From Raillietiella orientalis (lineage: Eukaryota), in assembly GCA_036172245.1 (NCBI GenBank), contig JAYWIR010000015.1:1116001-1180000 (forward strand): 64,000 nucleotides of DNA. Direction: 5' to 3'. Positions 13,161 through 26,080 of the stretch are shown here, piece by piece. Position 1 is the first letter of the stretch, and the number at the start of each line of letters is the position of its first letter. The notes under the pieces were generated by a model. The model saw only the letters and a list, made by a program, of their open reading frames with translations, was not told the DNA's origin and searched no databases. The translations under genes and the position numbers were made by a program.

Positions 13161-13971
13161 GTTTGTGCACCTGCTCCCCGTGATGGACGACCCCATGATC
13201 TTTTTCTAGGTTTGACATCGAAGTCTGGGTTCTTCTGGTCGCCGGGAAGGGGCGCGCACATCCCAACAGTTCCAGGGGACTCCACGGTGAGAGGTGATGG
13301 GCCAGCTGGGGCGTCGCGCCTCCTCCTCCAGAGCTCCCTTTCCCCCTCCTCCCTCGCGGCAACCGTGGTCACCTTAGCGAGCACCTGCTGGAGATCCAAG
13401 TTGCCTGCTGCACTACTCGCTCAGCCTCACCCTGTGGAAAGACCGCAGGAAACGCTGACGGGAGCCGTTTCCATGGGAACTCGGAGAGGAACTTCCTCGA
13501 GGACGGATCCCAAGCGAAGACGTCCCGTTCGTTCGGGGAGCCCGCGTCTGCACCGTTGGGCCGCGTGTTCCCGGCTCAAGGGGAAGGGGGCGCCGAAGAA
13601 CTTCATCGGATCCCCGGAAGCGTCCCCACCTCCCCCTCCTCCTCCTCGGACTACTCTTCGAGGCACCCAGCATCCTACCCCTCTTCCTGCCGAAGGTCTC
13701 GTTCTTCGTTCCCCTTCGTTCCACGTTGGCCTGGGATGGTGGTAGTCCCTTTCGGACTCACGAGGATGCACGCGAACCGTCCCCCTCCTCTCGGAAGAAG
13801 CGTTCCTGGACGATGCCTCCACGGCGTCACCACATTCGGGAGGATACTGCCGGCGCCACCCGAAGGTGCGCGTAACTCAGGGAGGACCATCCCAATGAGT
13901 GCAGTCCGTTCCTCCCGACTTTTGGCAGGAACGGACCTCCTTCCCTCCCCTCTCCCTGTTTGTGTCCTAGA

Positions 13972-14680
13972 TCCATCCGGACACGCCGGGGCGTTCCATA
14001 AAATTGAAAGGAAACTCTTAAATCGTGGCGGCACACACGTGGTCGGACCACGCTCAGTTTGTCAACGGACCTACCGAGTCGTCGGAGCGCGCGGACCGGC
14101 GGTGGGGGGGGGGGCGGGGAGGGGAGATTTCTTCGGCAGCGGAGGGGGACAGGAAAAAGCAAAGAGAAAAAGAAAAGAAAGGAAAAAATAAAAGCACGGT
14201 GCAGGGCCGGGAAGGGATTACTTTCCGCTGCATCCTTTCCAGGATGCCGGCTAGGTCGGTCCCGATTGCACCCAGGTGGGGCCATCTGGCTGCTGCCATC
14301 CGCAGAAAGCGGAAGTGAGGGTGTGCTCTATGGCGTCCCTCTCGTCTCTCCCCCTGTCGGCTTTGCTCCAGGCCGCCAGGATCCCGCGGATGCAGCAAAG
14401 CGCTGCTGGGACTGAGGATGTCTGCAGGGCACCCCGCAAGAAGAGGAGCCGTGCACGTCCCCGGAGGTGCCCTCTAGGGTCCATAGAGTCGTCCCAAAAC
14501 GTTCCAATAGGCTTCACATGCAAGTGCGGGAGGAGGAATTCTCCTCTCCCACATCTGTGACAGTCTGAACTCGTCCGACTCCCCCGGGTCCAGCTGTGTC
14601 GGCGTGCGTTGCCGGGAAGGTCCCAGTGAGATGGCAGAAGTGATTACTCCTGCCGCTTCAGAAGGACACCGCTGCTCTTG
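13972..14680 (-). mobile_element. 5'-truncated L1/Tx1-like LINE 3' end
   Basis: HWDLPGNARRHSWTRG..SDCHRCGRGEFLLPHL, ALCCIRGILAAW, FLRMAAARWPHLG..LAGILERMQR, then T-rich tract, UTR and terminal motif ggaacgccccggcgtgtccggatgga. Confidence 0.8.
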
Positions 14681-14729
14681 AGCGCCGGGGCCACTTCCGG
14701 TCTTCACTAGAAGCTCAATCCTCAATCTA

Positions 14730-17130
14730 TAATCCCCAGAGGCTCGCCCGGCTCTGCAATCCTCGTGGAAATGCCCTCGGGGTCGCAGCATCCGTCAGCT
14801 GCCCATACTCATCTGTTTCCGCCTGCTTGCGATCTTCAGGAGATTTCCCACCTCAGCGTTTGGCTGCTACTAAGTGTCCTCCTCAGGAGGGGTGTCGTTG
14901 CAGCGAGGGGAAAGAGGAGAGGGGTTGCCCCGCCCACATGCTGATTCGGGATTCCCGATGATCCGCAATGAGCAGAGGCAGTTGGCGCCTGGCTGTGTCC
15001 GAAGGGAACCCGGAAGGGAACCCTATCCTCCCTGAAGGGACTTCCGAGCGGGTCCCGCTCTTTCTTTCTTCTCCGGAGGGGACCCGGAAGGGATCCTCGT
15101 TTCCTTCTGTGAAGGGCGCTCCCCGAAGACACCAGCAGGCTTCCGACAGCCTGGAGAGGAACTCCCGAGGAGGGTAAAGTCAGCTCCACGGTACAAGATG
15201 GAGGGCCTCCCCTATGAGGAAGGGAGGGGGAGAGGGACACAGCTCCATTCTCACAACAGGAGGAGAATCCCGAAGGGAACCGTCTCCTTCCTTGATGTCC
15301 TGGAAGGATCTCGGAGGGTCGACTCCCGAGGTCCCGGCCAGGCATTCGGTTTCCCGCCAGTGCCGCACCCGAAGACTGTAGGCCGACCAGCGTCGTCCTG
15401 CGTGGGGATGAGGAACCGAAACCCATCATGCACCATCCCTCCCCGCATTTTCAGTATCGATCCTTTCCCGGGTGGGGTTCGAACCTGCGACCTTCGGCGC
15501 CACACGGCCGCCAACGCAGGATGTTCATGGATAGCTCGTCTCGCCGCAAGGACACCGGCGAGGTCTGCGTTGTCGAATTTGCTTTCCAGTGACCGTTGCC
15601 AACCTTCTCCTGATAGGAGCGTGCGCTCTTGGAAAGCAACTCTTCGACCTCCGTCTGACCGGATCCGGGACCCTCCTTAGAAGGCAGAGGCAACTGGAAC
15701 CGCCCTTCCTCCTCCTAGATGGTCACCTTGATTTCTTCCTGCTTCCGACAGAGCGACCCCGGGACCGCTCCACCGGACGGCCAGGGAGTCAGACTCCCTC
15801 CTCCGCTCTGCTGCCAAGAGATCGTTTCTCTTTGCTTCATCTGGAGTGGCACCTCAGTACTCGCGTTTCCGGGAGGGGAGGGGGAGGGAGCTGACTGGGA
15901 GTTGTGATGGGGTCGGCAGCAGAGGTCTGACCGGGGACAGTGGCTTCCGCCTCAGGCAGCCTCCTTGTGTGCTTTCTCCCGAGGCACCTTCCGCTACCCC
16001 ACGCGGTTTCTACGATGGGGTGGTCAATACCCATTTTTTCGCTGACAGTTCTGAGGAGTTTTGAATTTTCGGGAGAGGAGGAGCTCGCTGAACCTTTCAG
16101 ACGCAGGAGGCTGCGGCCTTCCCGCCACCTCGACTCAGGTGGACTTCCGCATGGGACGCCGCCGATTACCGGCCGCCTGGGGGATCCTAGGGAGGGCGGC
16201 AAGCACCTGCACGCCAAGTGAAGGTCACGCCATCTGCTTGAGGAGGCGCAAGACGTCCGCACCGTCGGGTCTCTTTGCTTCTGGAAGAGCAGCAGAGGAT
16301 GTGGTCGAGTCCCTGCTCTTCTCTGGAGCATGCAGCGGGGAACAGGAGGAAGTCCTGTCTCCTCTCCGCTCTGGGGCACCTCCGTCGGCACCATCGCGGC
16401 AGCTTGCTCCCGTTCCTGAAGATGGTAGAGTTCCATGGAAAAAACTCCCCTTTCTGGAAAGGGCATGGCAGCTCCCTTACGGTCGGGGGCGGAGATGGAA
16501 AAGAATTCCTCCCCCCCTCCCTCTTACTGCTCTTTCCCCTCCGCAGAGAAAGCTGGAGCCAATCCGCTATTCCCCCAGCAGAAAAAGAATTTATTCTGGA
16601 ATGGCCGAGCGGCCCTCGAGCGGCGAGTAGGTCCTTCCTGCGCCGGCTGTACCCAGATCTACGAGGTCGCTCGAGGAGCGCTTCGCCGTGCCGCAGGAAG
16701 GGTTTTGAAGGACAGGAGATGGGGAGGGCACCCGTCGCGCTTTGGGGAAGCGCCTGACAGGCACGAGACGGTGAGACGATGGCAAGATCACTATCGGATC
16801 CTGTCCGAAGAAGCCCTCGCCGAGGGGCGCAAGTCAAAGTCTTCCTCCTCGCTGCCACGGGGGAGCCCTTCTCCGAGGCGCTCCTACAGGAGTCTGCTAG
16901 GGATGAACGGCTGCTGCAGCACACGGGGAAGACCAGCCTCCTCTCTTCAAAAGGAAAGGCCTGGTCTCTCATTTCCCTACCCCAAGCGACTGGCCACTGG
17001 TCCTTGAACCTCGCTGCAAAACGCGTCTCCCTCGCACCGAGGGAAAGGTCATCTTCTCGGCAAACCCCTATCCTTCGGGATCCCGGTCCCTTCTCCCGAA
17101 AGGAGCATCGCGGCAACGCCCACACGTAAG
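14730..17130 (+). mobile_element. L1/Tx1-like LINE ORF2 5' half (APE, linker, start of RT), interrupted at ~14995-15520
   Basis: LQEISHL...RGKRRGVA (~14835-14930); VTVANL...FLLLDGHLDF (GGDFN-like, ~15590-15735); QYSRFREGRG (~15855); GEAPDRH (GKSPGPDG-like, ~16745); GKTSLLSSKGK; PERSIA (GRSI.DN-like, ~17095). Many frameshifts. Confidence 0.6.
14995..15520 (+). mobile_element. tRNA-headed / LINE-UTR composite repeat, copy E (partial; tRNA-like head on minus strand)
   Basis: Minus strand gcgttggcggccgtgtgg...ggttcgaacccc (B box 15474-15485) and shared body (catcttgtaccgtggagctg). Lacks the A-rich distal part. Strand given is the inferred LINE sense. Confidence 0.75.
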
Positions 17131-17154
17131 ATGCTCTTCGCTAGGGGTGAATTC

Positions 17155-17965
17155 TAACCGGTCACCCCGGGGCAGCGTTTAATAAAATAAACCAGTTGGG
17201 AACGGAATTACCAACCGACGTCAAAATAAGTATAGGGACACCGTCACACAGGCCGGGATAGAGGAAGTCGGGAACGCGGTGGGGAATCGGAAACAACAAA
17301 AAGAAAGTTAAATGTGGTGGGTTGGGGCAAGGGTCATTGGGTTCACTCCGGGAGGCACTGGGATAAAAACAAAAGCCCCGGGGGAATTGCGGTGCAAACA
17401 TGGATGAGGAATGAAGCAGAATAATTAAATAAATAAAACAAAGTAAAGTAAATAAAGGGTGGGAGGTGTCAAGGTTCACCGGAGTCCGCCGTTCTTAACT
17501 GTCCATCAACCGGCGGTGGATGCCGGCGATCTCCTCCTTTGCTCTTTCTTCCAGGTGAGGCCACCTTGCAGCCGTCTGCATGTAGGTGCCGCCACTTCGC
17601 TGTGCCCCGTCTCCATGGCGTAGAGGGTCGTAAGAGTGACGCGAATGCAACAGACCGTTGCAACTGCCGAGCCACCTGAAAGTCCGTTGGACATGAAGAG
17701 ACGCCGCAGCAGGTCCTTCGCAGTGTCCCCCAGGATCTGGAACGCTAAAACCAGCCTCCGCCACAGTTCTCGGAGGGCACTGCAGTCGAGCAAAAGGTGC
17801 GGGATCGTCCCGCACCTCGAGCAGTTCGGGAAGACTGCTTCCCAGGAAACAATGTTTCGGTAATGATTACACTGGAATCCCCAGTGTAAAAACAGCAGCA
17901 CGTCCTGTTTCCATCTTAGGGGGTCGCTAGAAGTGATCGGAACTGGTTTCGATGGCAACCACATC
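17155..17965 (-). mobile_element. 5'-truncated L1/Tx1-like LINE 3' end
   Basis: ORF 17506-17964: LRWKQDVLLFLHWGFQCNHYR...CSRCGTIPHLLLDCSALRELW, then T-rich tract and terminal motif attaaacgctgccccggggtgaccggtta. Confidence 0.8.
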
Positions 17966-18344
17966 CGAACCTGGAGCCGGGAAAAGCATACACAAAAAAT
18001 GAATCAGGCGTTCCTTTGGGTCATCGCCATATGAAGGCCCGCGGGCGAATGAGGGAAGAGAGGCTTCCTTTCGACGTGACCGTCCCTCCGTGCTTCTCTC
18101 CTCCGACGGTCGCCATTGGCTCCAGCCCGCAACCCTTTCACCTGCGCTCTCCAAACGAAAGATGGACGGAGACGTCCGGATTTTGTTCCGCCCTCTGCTA
18201 GGCTGGCAGGTCCAAACAGCCGCCTGTCCTGGCGATCCACGGGTCCTTTGCCTCCGAACGGATTGCGCGCTTTCCTGACCCGGAAAGCCGGGTGGGTTGG
18301 AACCATGCCTACATCGCAGCACGCGATGTGGCCTCTCCCACATC

Positions 18345-18413
18345 GTTTTTCTGTCCGGGAACTTGGTTCCTAGATAGTTTAGAAATAAACGCCCCAACGC
18401 ACCCGGGTGAGAA
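18345..18413 (+). mobile_element. Short LINE 3'-terminal fragment
   Basis: tgtccgggaacttggttcctagatagtttagaaataaacgccccaacgcacccgggtgagaa, close to the minus-strand copy at 47315-47380. Confidence 0.7.
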
Positions 18414-21400
18414 GCAGCACGAGATGTGAGAAAGCCCTCGAGGTATTTCTTGGGGAGAATCACATCTTTGCTCGTTTCTCTCTTGCTCTAGAGACGCTCG
18501 AATTTCTCTCTCTCTCTCTCTCTCTCTATCCCCCCCCCCCCCCGTTTTCCTTTTGATCACCTTTTCCTCCAGCTGGTGAAGCCGGTCGCGAAAGACTCTT
18601 CCTGTGTAGGCGCCCCTAATTTGGGGTCCTGGGCCGCAACGTGACGCCATGTGTCTTCGCAAGATGAAAACATGGAATCCGCGCGCATTCCTTCCGTGAT
18701 CCAGGCCCGCTTGGGGGATTCCTGCTGGAATGATTGATTATTATTATTCTTTTTCTCAGAAGAAGGGTCGGCTGTTCCCTCTTCCGAAAAAGTGAGCAGG
18801 AGGAAAGCCGGAGACTCAGAGCGGCCTTTGGGAGTGCTTCGAGATCGAGAAACCTACAGAAAGTCCCCGAACAGCCAGGTATTCCACGAAACCGGAGATA
18901 ACCGGACAGAAAAGTGCCGAGTGCCTTAGGCAATTAGAAAGCACTTTCGTTCAGGGGATGAACAAGCAGGGAAGATGCACTCCGGTAGTACGAAACTTCG
19001 AGAAGGGTGTGCTTTCCGCAAGCTGGTACACGAAAGCACACCTTATGGTTCGATGGACCCGAACTCCGACCTCTACAGCAGGTAGTCTGTCCGCGCGTCC
19101 GGAGCATTGGATCCAAACGTGCATCTTGAATCGTCGGTGCGTGGTCTAAAAGGGACGGCGGGGAGAGGGAAGCATGGGAGAGATGGGAGCGACAGCTAAT
19201 TTCTGAGGATTTTTGGCGAGGTGCAGCCCAAGTCCCCAGTCAAGCGCAAGCTACTAAATACTGTGACGCAGCGCCAAACTTACGGAAGCTCCCATTTGTG
19301 AACAGCAGGAGCTATGCGAGTGGGCAAAAAGCGAGCAGATGGACAAAAGCCCCACCGTCATCGAAGAGAATGCGTCCTTGTTTTTTCTTTTTTTTTTCTC
19401 TGAAGGAAATACGAAAAAGTACAAAATGGAAAAAATACAATGTTGAACTTGGTACCCTTGCTTTCTCGCCCCCTGCAGGTTCTGCATCTCTGAATTTTAA
19501 TGATGCATTTGATGGCACCATGACTACAGTTGCGTAACCATGGTTGCTCCGTGCTCCTCAGGAGCTCACAACAGGGAAGGAAGAACAGGATTCATACGCA
19601 GCCGCTAAAGAGGGTGGCGAAACAGAAAAGCGAAGGTCATCACGACGAAATCGACTTATTCAAGTTGTGATGCCCCGGCATTACCGGATGCAGCAGCAAG
19701 TTGTGGGAGGCACCCTTTCCGATGACCCTAAAGAGGACGAGCGGACGAGATTCCCTCAAGCATCAATATCCAGCAATATTTAGATTGCCATCACGGCCAC
19801 CACACAGAAATATCCTTCACGCTGCTTCCCTTCCAGCTGGTTACTTTTCGACCGCTGGAGACAACATCCCACAAGGTTTCGAACAGGCTGCATGATTTGC
19901 ACCAGCCAGGAAGTTCACACATGAGAGAGAGAGACACTGATCTACTTTCATTCGCCTCTGGCGAACGAATAAACAGTTGGATTCCCACAGGAACGAATCG
20001 CAAGTCGGAGCCGCTCTTAAAATATGACTCTCGGGCCCATTTTTCGTTTCTTAGCAGACGGCTGTTTGCACGTTCAGAAAGATCAAGGAGTGTTGAGTCC
20101 CTCTGAGCAGTCACTTCTGCCTGCCAAGTCGTGCGTTTTCCAGCTGAGATCGTTCACCTGAGGAGTTTGATTTCTGCTCTTGAACACGACTGTGTTTTGG
20201 TTTCTTGAGCTCCGGGCTGCTTCAGAAGCGGGTGCAGTTTTCCATATCAGCAAAGAAGCCAACCGAAGGAAACAAACCTGGCGAGGTGCAAGACGTGGAG
20301 AAGCTCGAACCCAGGATGACGAGCAAATCCATCACTAGCAGTAACGGCTGCCCTATTTTTTGAGAGACTTTCGAGGCAGCCTCATGACAGTCTGCTTTTC
20401 GTCAGATTGCCAACAAAAGTCTTTCGTAGGTGAGGAAACTTTGCTTCCAGACAAAAGGCAATTTATCCCCAGATCTGGAAAGGAGAGGAAAGGTCAGAAA
20501 GGAGAGTCTTCCCACAAAAGACCCTCAAATTTAAGAGGAAGTCTAACCGCAGACGAAAACACCAAAAAGGGGATTTCCTTCTGGACTTTAGTGGTAACCC
20601 TAAACAGAATTAGTCGAAAATGTTTCATGAGCCACTTCATCATGCGACCCAGCACACCCACCCATGTCGGACTCGGCACTTATTTATTCCTTTCTCTGTT
20701 TCGGAGGAGTCAATTTCCACAAATCCCCTTTTCAACACCACAAATTCCGGGACGATTCGACTGGAAGAGTCGTCTTCTTCTACCCGAAACGATCCGCTGC
20801 TGCCGCATTCCGAGGAGAACGCAAGAGTGGTGACGTTCGTTTCCCTGATACCTCGGTTTCCGGTTTGAGATCAGCATTTCGCATCTGCCTCGCTCCCCAG
20901 TTCCGGGTGGAGTACCTGCTTCCGATCAAGTGCGAAGCCAGAAGCGAGCCGGCGAGCTTCCTGGCTACTGGAGGGACCACTCTGTCCTTCCCGTTGGCGA
21001 AGACTTGTTGTCCTTGAAGTGACAGAGGAAGACGCTAGAGGACATACTCGACAGGAGGGGGATTCTAAGGTGATAAATCTCTTCTCATGCTGGCCGGAAC
21101 CGCCGGCTTCGATTCCAGTTTACTAAAAGTGGTCAAAAAGAAGGACGGCTGTTGAACAGATGCAGATTCGTCAGAGAGAGCAGTCCCTAACTCGACGGCA
21201 ATGTCTGAAACGAAAGTAGTTAGGTGAAACGTGGAGCGGTGGTAAACGTGCTTCCCTGTAAACACCAAAGCAATCCAGGAGCCTATCAGAGCCTGCTCTT
21301 CAGTGCCAAAGATGGAAACGCTGCTCCTGAAGCCCTTGTACGCTTCGCCCGGTTCGGTTCCCAGTAATAAGCAGCCTAGTAATTTATTAACAGCCCAAAT

Positions 21401-24156
21401 AAGACCCGCGCGGAAACAGAAAAATAACACGTGACACGCATATTTCGGCAGGAAACCAATTTCACGCAACCACAGCTCGTGCACGCCTACCGCGCAAGCC
21501 CGCAAACAGGGCCTCGCACCGAACCGTGACGTAAGCCCCGACTTGCGTTTCCGCTCTTCGAGATTGTACCACGAGACATCGAGAGCAGCGGTGCCACCTT
21601 TGACATCGAGTCAGCAGGACCGAGGACTTCTCCTTACATTCCTTGGCCCAAAAGTGATAGGCGAAATTCTGTCTTGAGAATGTACTGACACGCTTCCGAC
21701 ACACCTTGAATGGAACACGCATCTCCGTCACGTACGTATTCCCCACAGACCAACGTTGGAATTCGAGCGATTTAAAACTTGATTTTTCCACGTTTTCGGC
21801 GGCGTGCGGCTTTCTCATTCGGCTGCATTCTCTATAAACATTCCGGGAACAAATGATTCAGTTTCTGCGGATGTGCTACTCAGCTTCAAGGTACGTGCTT
21901 GAGAGAAGCGCGCAGCATCCATGCACTTTTTATTCAGTCGGAATTTTCGAATCTCCAGTGGGTTTGAGTCTTCAAGGTGTCTTCTTTACTTCCTTACTGC
22001 TGTTGCCTCGTTTGTTATTCATATCCTTCCATTCCAAGTTCGCGTCACCCGCCACTGGCATCGTCTGATAGGCAATTTTTGTTGTTTCGCTGGATTCTTC
22101 GCCCTTTGATGCGCACAGGTTGATGGCCCCTTCCGGAAAGAAGAGGAAGAAAAAAGCACACATCCTAACCCCTACCCTTAGACTGACCACGAGGACCAGC
22201 TGCTGCACTTTCTGTTTTTCGACCACCGTGCTCAGGGTTGTTGAACATATCCGGACATCCGCACATCCGCACATCTGCTCGCTACCCAACAGCTTGAGGA
22301 TGGCCCCGCTTTATTACTTTACGAGCCTTGAAAATTACAAGCAGGAAACAAAGTCCTGTAGATTTACATCCAGAAGATTCCACCAGCAGTGCTAAGGGCT
22401 CCGAAAGTGGCGCCGATGTCCTCTCACTGGATCTCGCTTCCTCATCTTTGGGCTGGCTTTTCTCACAGAAACAGCTATTCGTAATCACCAGGTTGCGATG
22501 TTGTAAACAGTGCAGTGATGGTTCGCTGCTGGGAGTCATCAGTGATCGAACGCAGGCGTGAAGAGTCACACATGATTCTGAGGGTAGTAGAAACCATAAC
22601 CAGTCTTGGAAGAATGTCGTTCGCGGCTTCCCTCCATGGCTGTGAAGAGAAACCTGCTCTTTGGTTGCAGGACGAGAGAGCGAGCACCGAGACCTTTGCA
22701 CTCCGAATATGAGGAGCGGCACGTTGCCCCGCAGATGCAGGTGAAAGACTGATCTAATCCAAAGTTCACAGGGGTGGCATTTCCCCCTTTTAAAAGCGTT
22801 TTGAACGTTTGAAGATTTGATGGCGTTTAGCCTGAAAGCCGCATGGAGATTGAAAGCTGTTGAACACCCCCAAGCAGTCATCATGTGAGCATTTTCTATG
22901 AACAGAATTGGAAGGGAGCTGCGCAAAAAGATGAAAAACAAAATACGGTGCTCAGAACTGCTGCTATTTCCAGGAAGACTGACGCTTAGAAGACGAAAAT
23001 TTCCTTCACCCCTCAGTTGGGCTTGATGAAAACCTGCGCTCTTCTTCCTCGAAGAAACGTCCACACGGACTGCAGATTACAAGTTAGACACAATTTGTCC
23101 GTATCCTGAGACCGGTGTTTTGAACCTACCCTAGCCTCTTTACCTTCTTCATCAGAAGATCATCTTCGATGCATTCCTCCTTAATGACTGTTATTTGCTT
23201 CCTTTTCCTTCACCCCCGAAATCACCCAACATCCAGGTGTATCTGAGGTCAGAGCACGACTTCTTCACAACGTGTGGACTATTTTCTCGTACAGTTCATT
23301 CTTTAATTCAGGACTTCCCAATCGTGGTTTCAGGTTGGCGTACACTGTCGGAACAAAAAGTTATTCGGTTTAGGAAATCGTTCGAGGAAATCTCTGAATA
23401 CCTGGTCGCTGAACTCAAATCGATGGAATTTCTGTTAACATTAGCAAATTCTGTATTCAGGCTGACTTCCAGCTTCATTGACATGGCGATTTTATATCTG
23501 GGCAGCTTCAGAATAATACGATAGCATCTTTTCATTGAGCGCTTTTCAATCTTTCCGTCTGTTCTTCTACCAAATAGCTGTTTCCTTAAATCAATTTTTC
23601 CATCAAACGAGCAGCTTTAGATTCTGCCTTCACTACCACTGTAAAATAATAATGATAGTAGTGATTGTACAAGACATGGGACTGTGTATGCTTCGACTTA
23701 GCGTTGTCCTTCTAACTTCCACCGAGATCATAGCCATAATAATTGTAAAGATGACGTTTCTAATTCGCAAAGTAATTTATAATACGGATAAGAATACAGT
23801 TCCGGTGACCATTCTAAAGGCTATTATCATTTTCATTGCTCCGTCCGATAGCAAACACTGCTTTTGTGTTCCACATGAACATGTGAAGAGGAATCTTCAA
23901 TGTTGTCATCGATATGGGAAAACTTCTCGACCGAATCGTCGATGATGTTTCCAAGAGCCCATCAAGCACACTTCTAAGCTGACGGCACATGATTCCACCA
24001 AGGTCGTCTCAGCAGCACTTGTACTTCCAGGGATTCCTAATCGAAAGCAAAATGGGGGGTTGTGTGTTCCATATTTAACCAAACCGACACATTGAATTTT
24101 GGGGCATGACCTGTGTACTGTGCATTTCTGATAAGAGCTAAGCTGGCTTTGGGGCT

Positions 24157-24730
24157 TTATTTTCACCCGGTCGCGCGTTTATTGTAAAAAAAAATATTTA
24201 CAAAAAAAACACACACACACACACACAAAATTCCAGTTTGGGCGGAAAGGAAGGGATCACGGATTTTTTCCTGACGTCCGCAGCATCCTCTGGAGGACGT
24301 GGACTGCTTTCTCCTTTTGTTGGTAGAGATGCGGCCATCTTGCCGCCGCCTTCCTCGTGAAGGAGCAGACGATTGGGATGATCTCACCTTTCGACTCGCC
24401 TCTTTCGGCGCGGCTCTTCGCTGCCACGGTCCCACGAAGGCAGCACGGAGCTTCAAGGGAAGCTGAAGGCGACAGCGAGTCCCGCGCGAAGACGCTCCGC
24501 AAGACCTCTCCGCCATTGCCCATCGGGAGTAAGAGGGCCGCAGAGAAGCGTTCCCGGACACTCAGAAGGGCAACGGCACAATCCAAGAACAGGTGCGGGA
24601 AGTTTTCCCCTTCTCCACACCTGGCACAGTCCGAGGTTTCACTCCCTCTTATCCAGTAGTGGACTCGCATGTTGCATGGGATCGCCCAGTGCAACAACTG
24701 CAATGACGAGTCCTGCCACCTCAGAGGAAG
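24157..24730 (-). mobile_element. 5'-truncated L1/Tx1-like LINE 3' end
   Basis: ORF 24257-24703: LLHWAIPCNMRVHYW..SDCARCGEGENFPHLFLDC...KAAARWPHL..LQRMLRT, then terminal motif aataaacgcgcgaccgggtgaaaa. Confidence 0.85.
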
Positions 24731-25259
24731 CGTGGAGCTTTGGGGGCTTTAAGGAGTGGTCAGCTTGTATGGGTAGAAACAGAGTACTCTGCTGATCTAA
24801 CGGTTGATTGCACTGGATTTACCGAACTTTGCCTTGAAGAACGGCGCTTACTCATCCATTTTAGTTGACTACTTGAAAAGGGAAACTCCTCGACCACTTC
24901 CTTCTTTTCATCGTGCTATACGATGCAAGCCCAGCTGAGTATGATAAATGAGGATGGTGCTGCGGGCAGATGGAATAGGATGATGGCTTCTTTTGTTGTC
25001 TTTGGAGGTAAGACGAGCCCAAGAACGTGAGTTGAGCTCAAGAGTGAAAATTATTTCTCTCTTGTCTACCGAGACATGGCGTGACAAATGAAAATCTCAT
25101 GAGCTCCGCCAGAGGGACAAAGGTTCCCTGAGTGGAATATGAACATCGTGTCATCGGAGTAGAACAGGAAAATTGCCTCCCGAAGGAACACTCCGGCTTA
25201 TAGCGAACACTAAGTTCAAGATTGGATGCAGAAAGAATGCAGTTCACTGCGCCTATCCT

Positions 25260-26080
25260 GCATTGGAGGCTGTGGGTCCGCGCAGTGTTCGCGCGGGAGA
25301 CTTGAAGCATTGCGGGTTCGAATCCCCGCGTAGAGGATGAACACAGAGAAATGGGTGCGGCACTGGAGGAATTCGGTTGACCCCGTTGACTGTCTGGGAT
25401 TGAAAGCTGACTCTCTGGAGTCCTTCCAAGGAGCAAGGAGTCGGTTCCCTCCAGTCGTGCAGGTGGAGCCGTTCCCCCTTTGGAAGGGAATCGTCCATCT
25501 CGTACCATGGAGCTGGTGGAATTATATCTCTCCAGAGTGCGAAGAAGTGCTCTGCGCCCTTCGGGAGAGACTCTTCAGAGAAATTGAGAAGCGTCCCTCC
25601 GTGGCCCTTTTCAGAGTAGCACCAACGAGGAGTGTTTATTTTGCGGGTTCCCTCCGTAGAAGAAACTCCATGAGAAGATGCTTTCCGGGTTCCCTTCGGA
25701 GGAGAGACGAGTTCCTCCCTCCTCTGGGGGTACTTTTGGAGAGAATAAGGAAGAAGTTCCCTGCGTGTTTCCCTACTAAGCGTGAGAGAAACGGACTCCT
25801 CCCTAAGGAGCCTTCCTGGATTCATAAGATGGTTCCCAGCTTGAAGAGTCAACACGTAAGCACCCCCGGGTGGCGAGGACAGTGTCAAAGAGCTTCGTGA
25901 GCCGCCTGCCGAACGGTTGTCTGGCACTTCGCGAACCAAAAAAAAACCGAAAAAAAAGAAAAAGAAAAGAAAGCTGGAAGGAAAACGACGAAACAAGAAA
26001 GAACCCAAAAGGATTTCAACCTCCAAGGCCAGTAGTGATCCCACGGGGCTCCTCTGCTGTTTTCATGCTGACCTCTCCCG
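25260..26080 (-). mobile_element. tRNA-headed / LINE-UTR composite repeat, copy A (tRNA-like head on + strand)
   Basis: Head gcattggaggctgtggg...B box ggttcgaatccc 25315-25326; shared body; A-rich tract ~25937-26010. Confidence 0.8.

Noticed and set aside
12695..13183. Hydrophobic F/I/L/Y-rich ORFs resembling membrane proteins
   Set aside because: Translation artefact of the TTTA low-complexity tract.
13200..13960. Possible LINE ORF1 relic on the minus strand, tandem to the 13972 terminus
   Set aside because: Only vague similarity and no knuckle; a head-to-tail array is not supportable.
13940..13972. Shared target sequence downstream of the LINE termini (Tx1-type site specificity)
   Set aside because: Flanks of the nine termini differ; only a short aaacaggg coincidence between two of them.
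25260..25335. Functional tRNA genes at the GGTTCGAATCCC sites
   Set aside because: No acceptor-stem pairing or consistent anticodon arm; each is fused to the same repeat body.
25640..25760. CRISPR-like array from the ~40-bp periodic units
   Set aside because: Units are degenerate, lie inside a dispersed eukaryotic repeat, and no cas genes are present.
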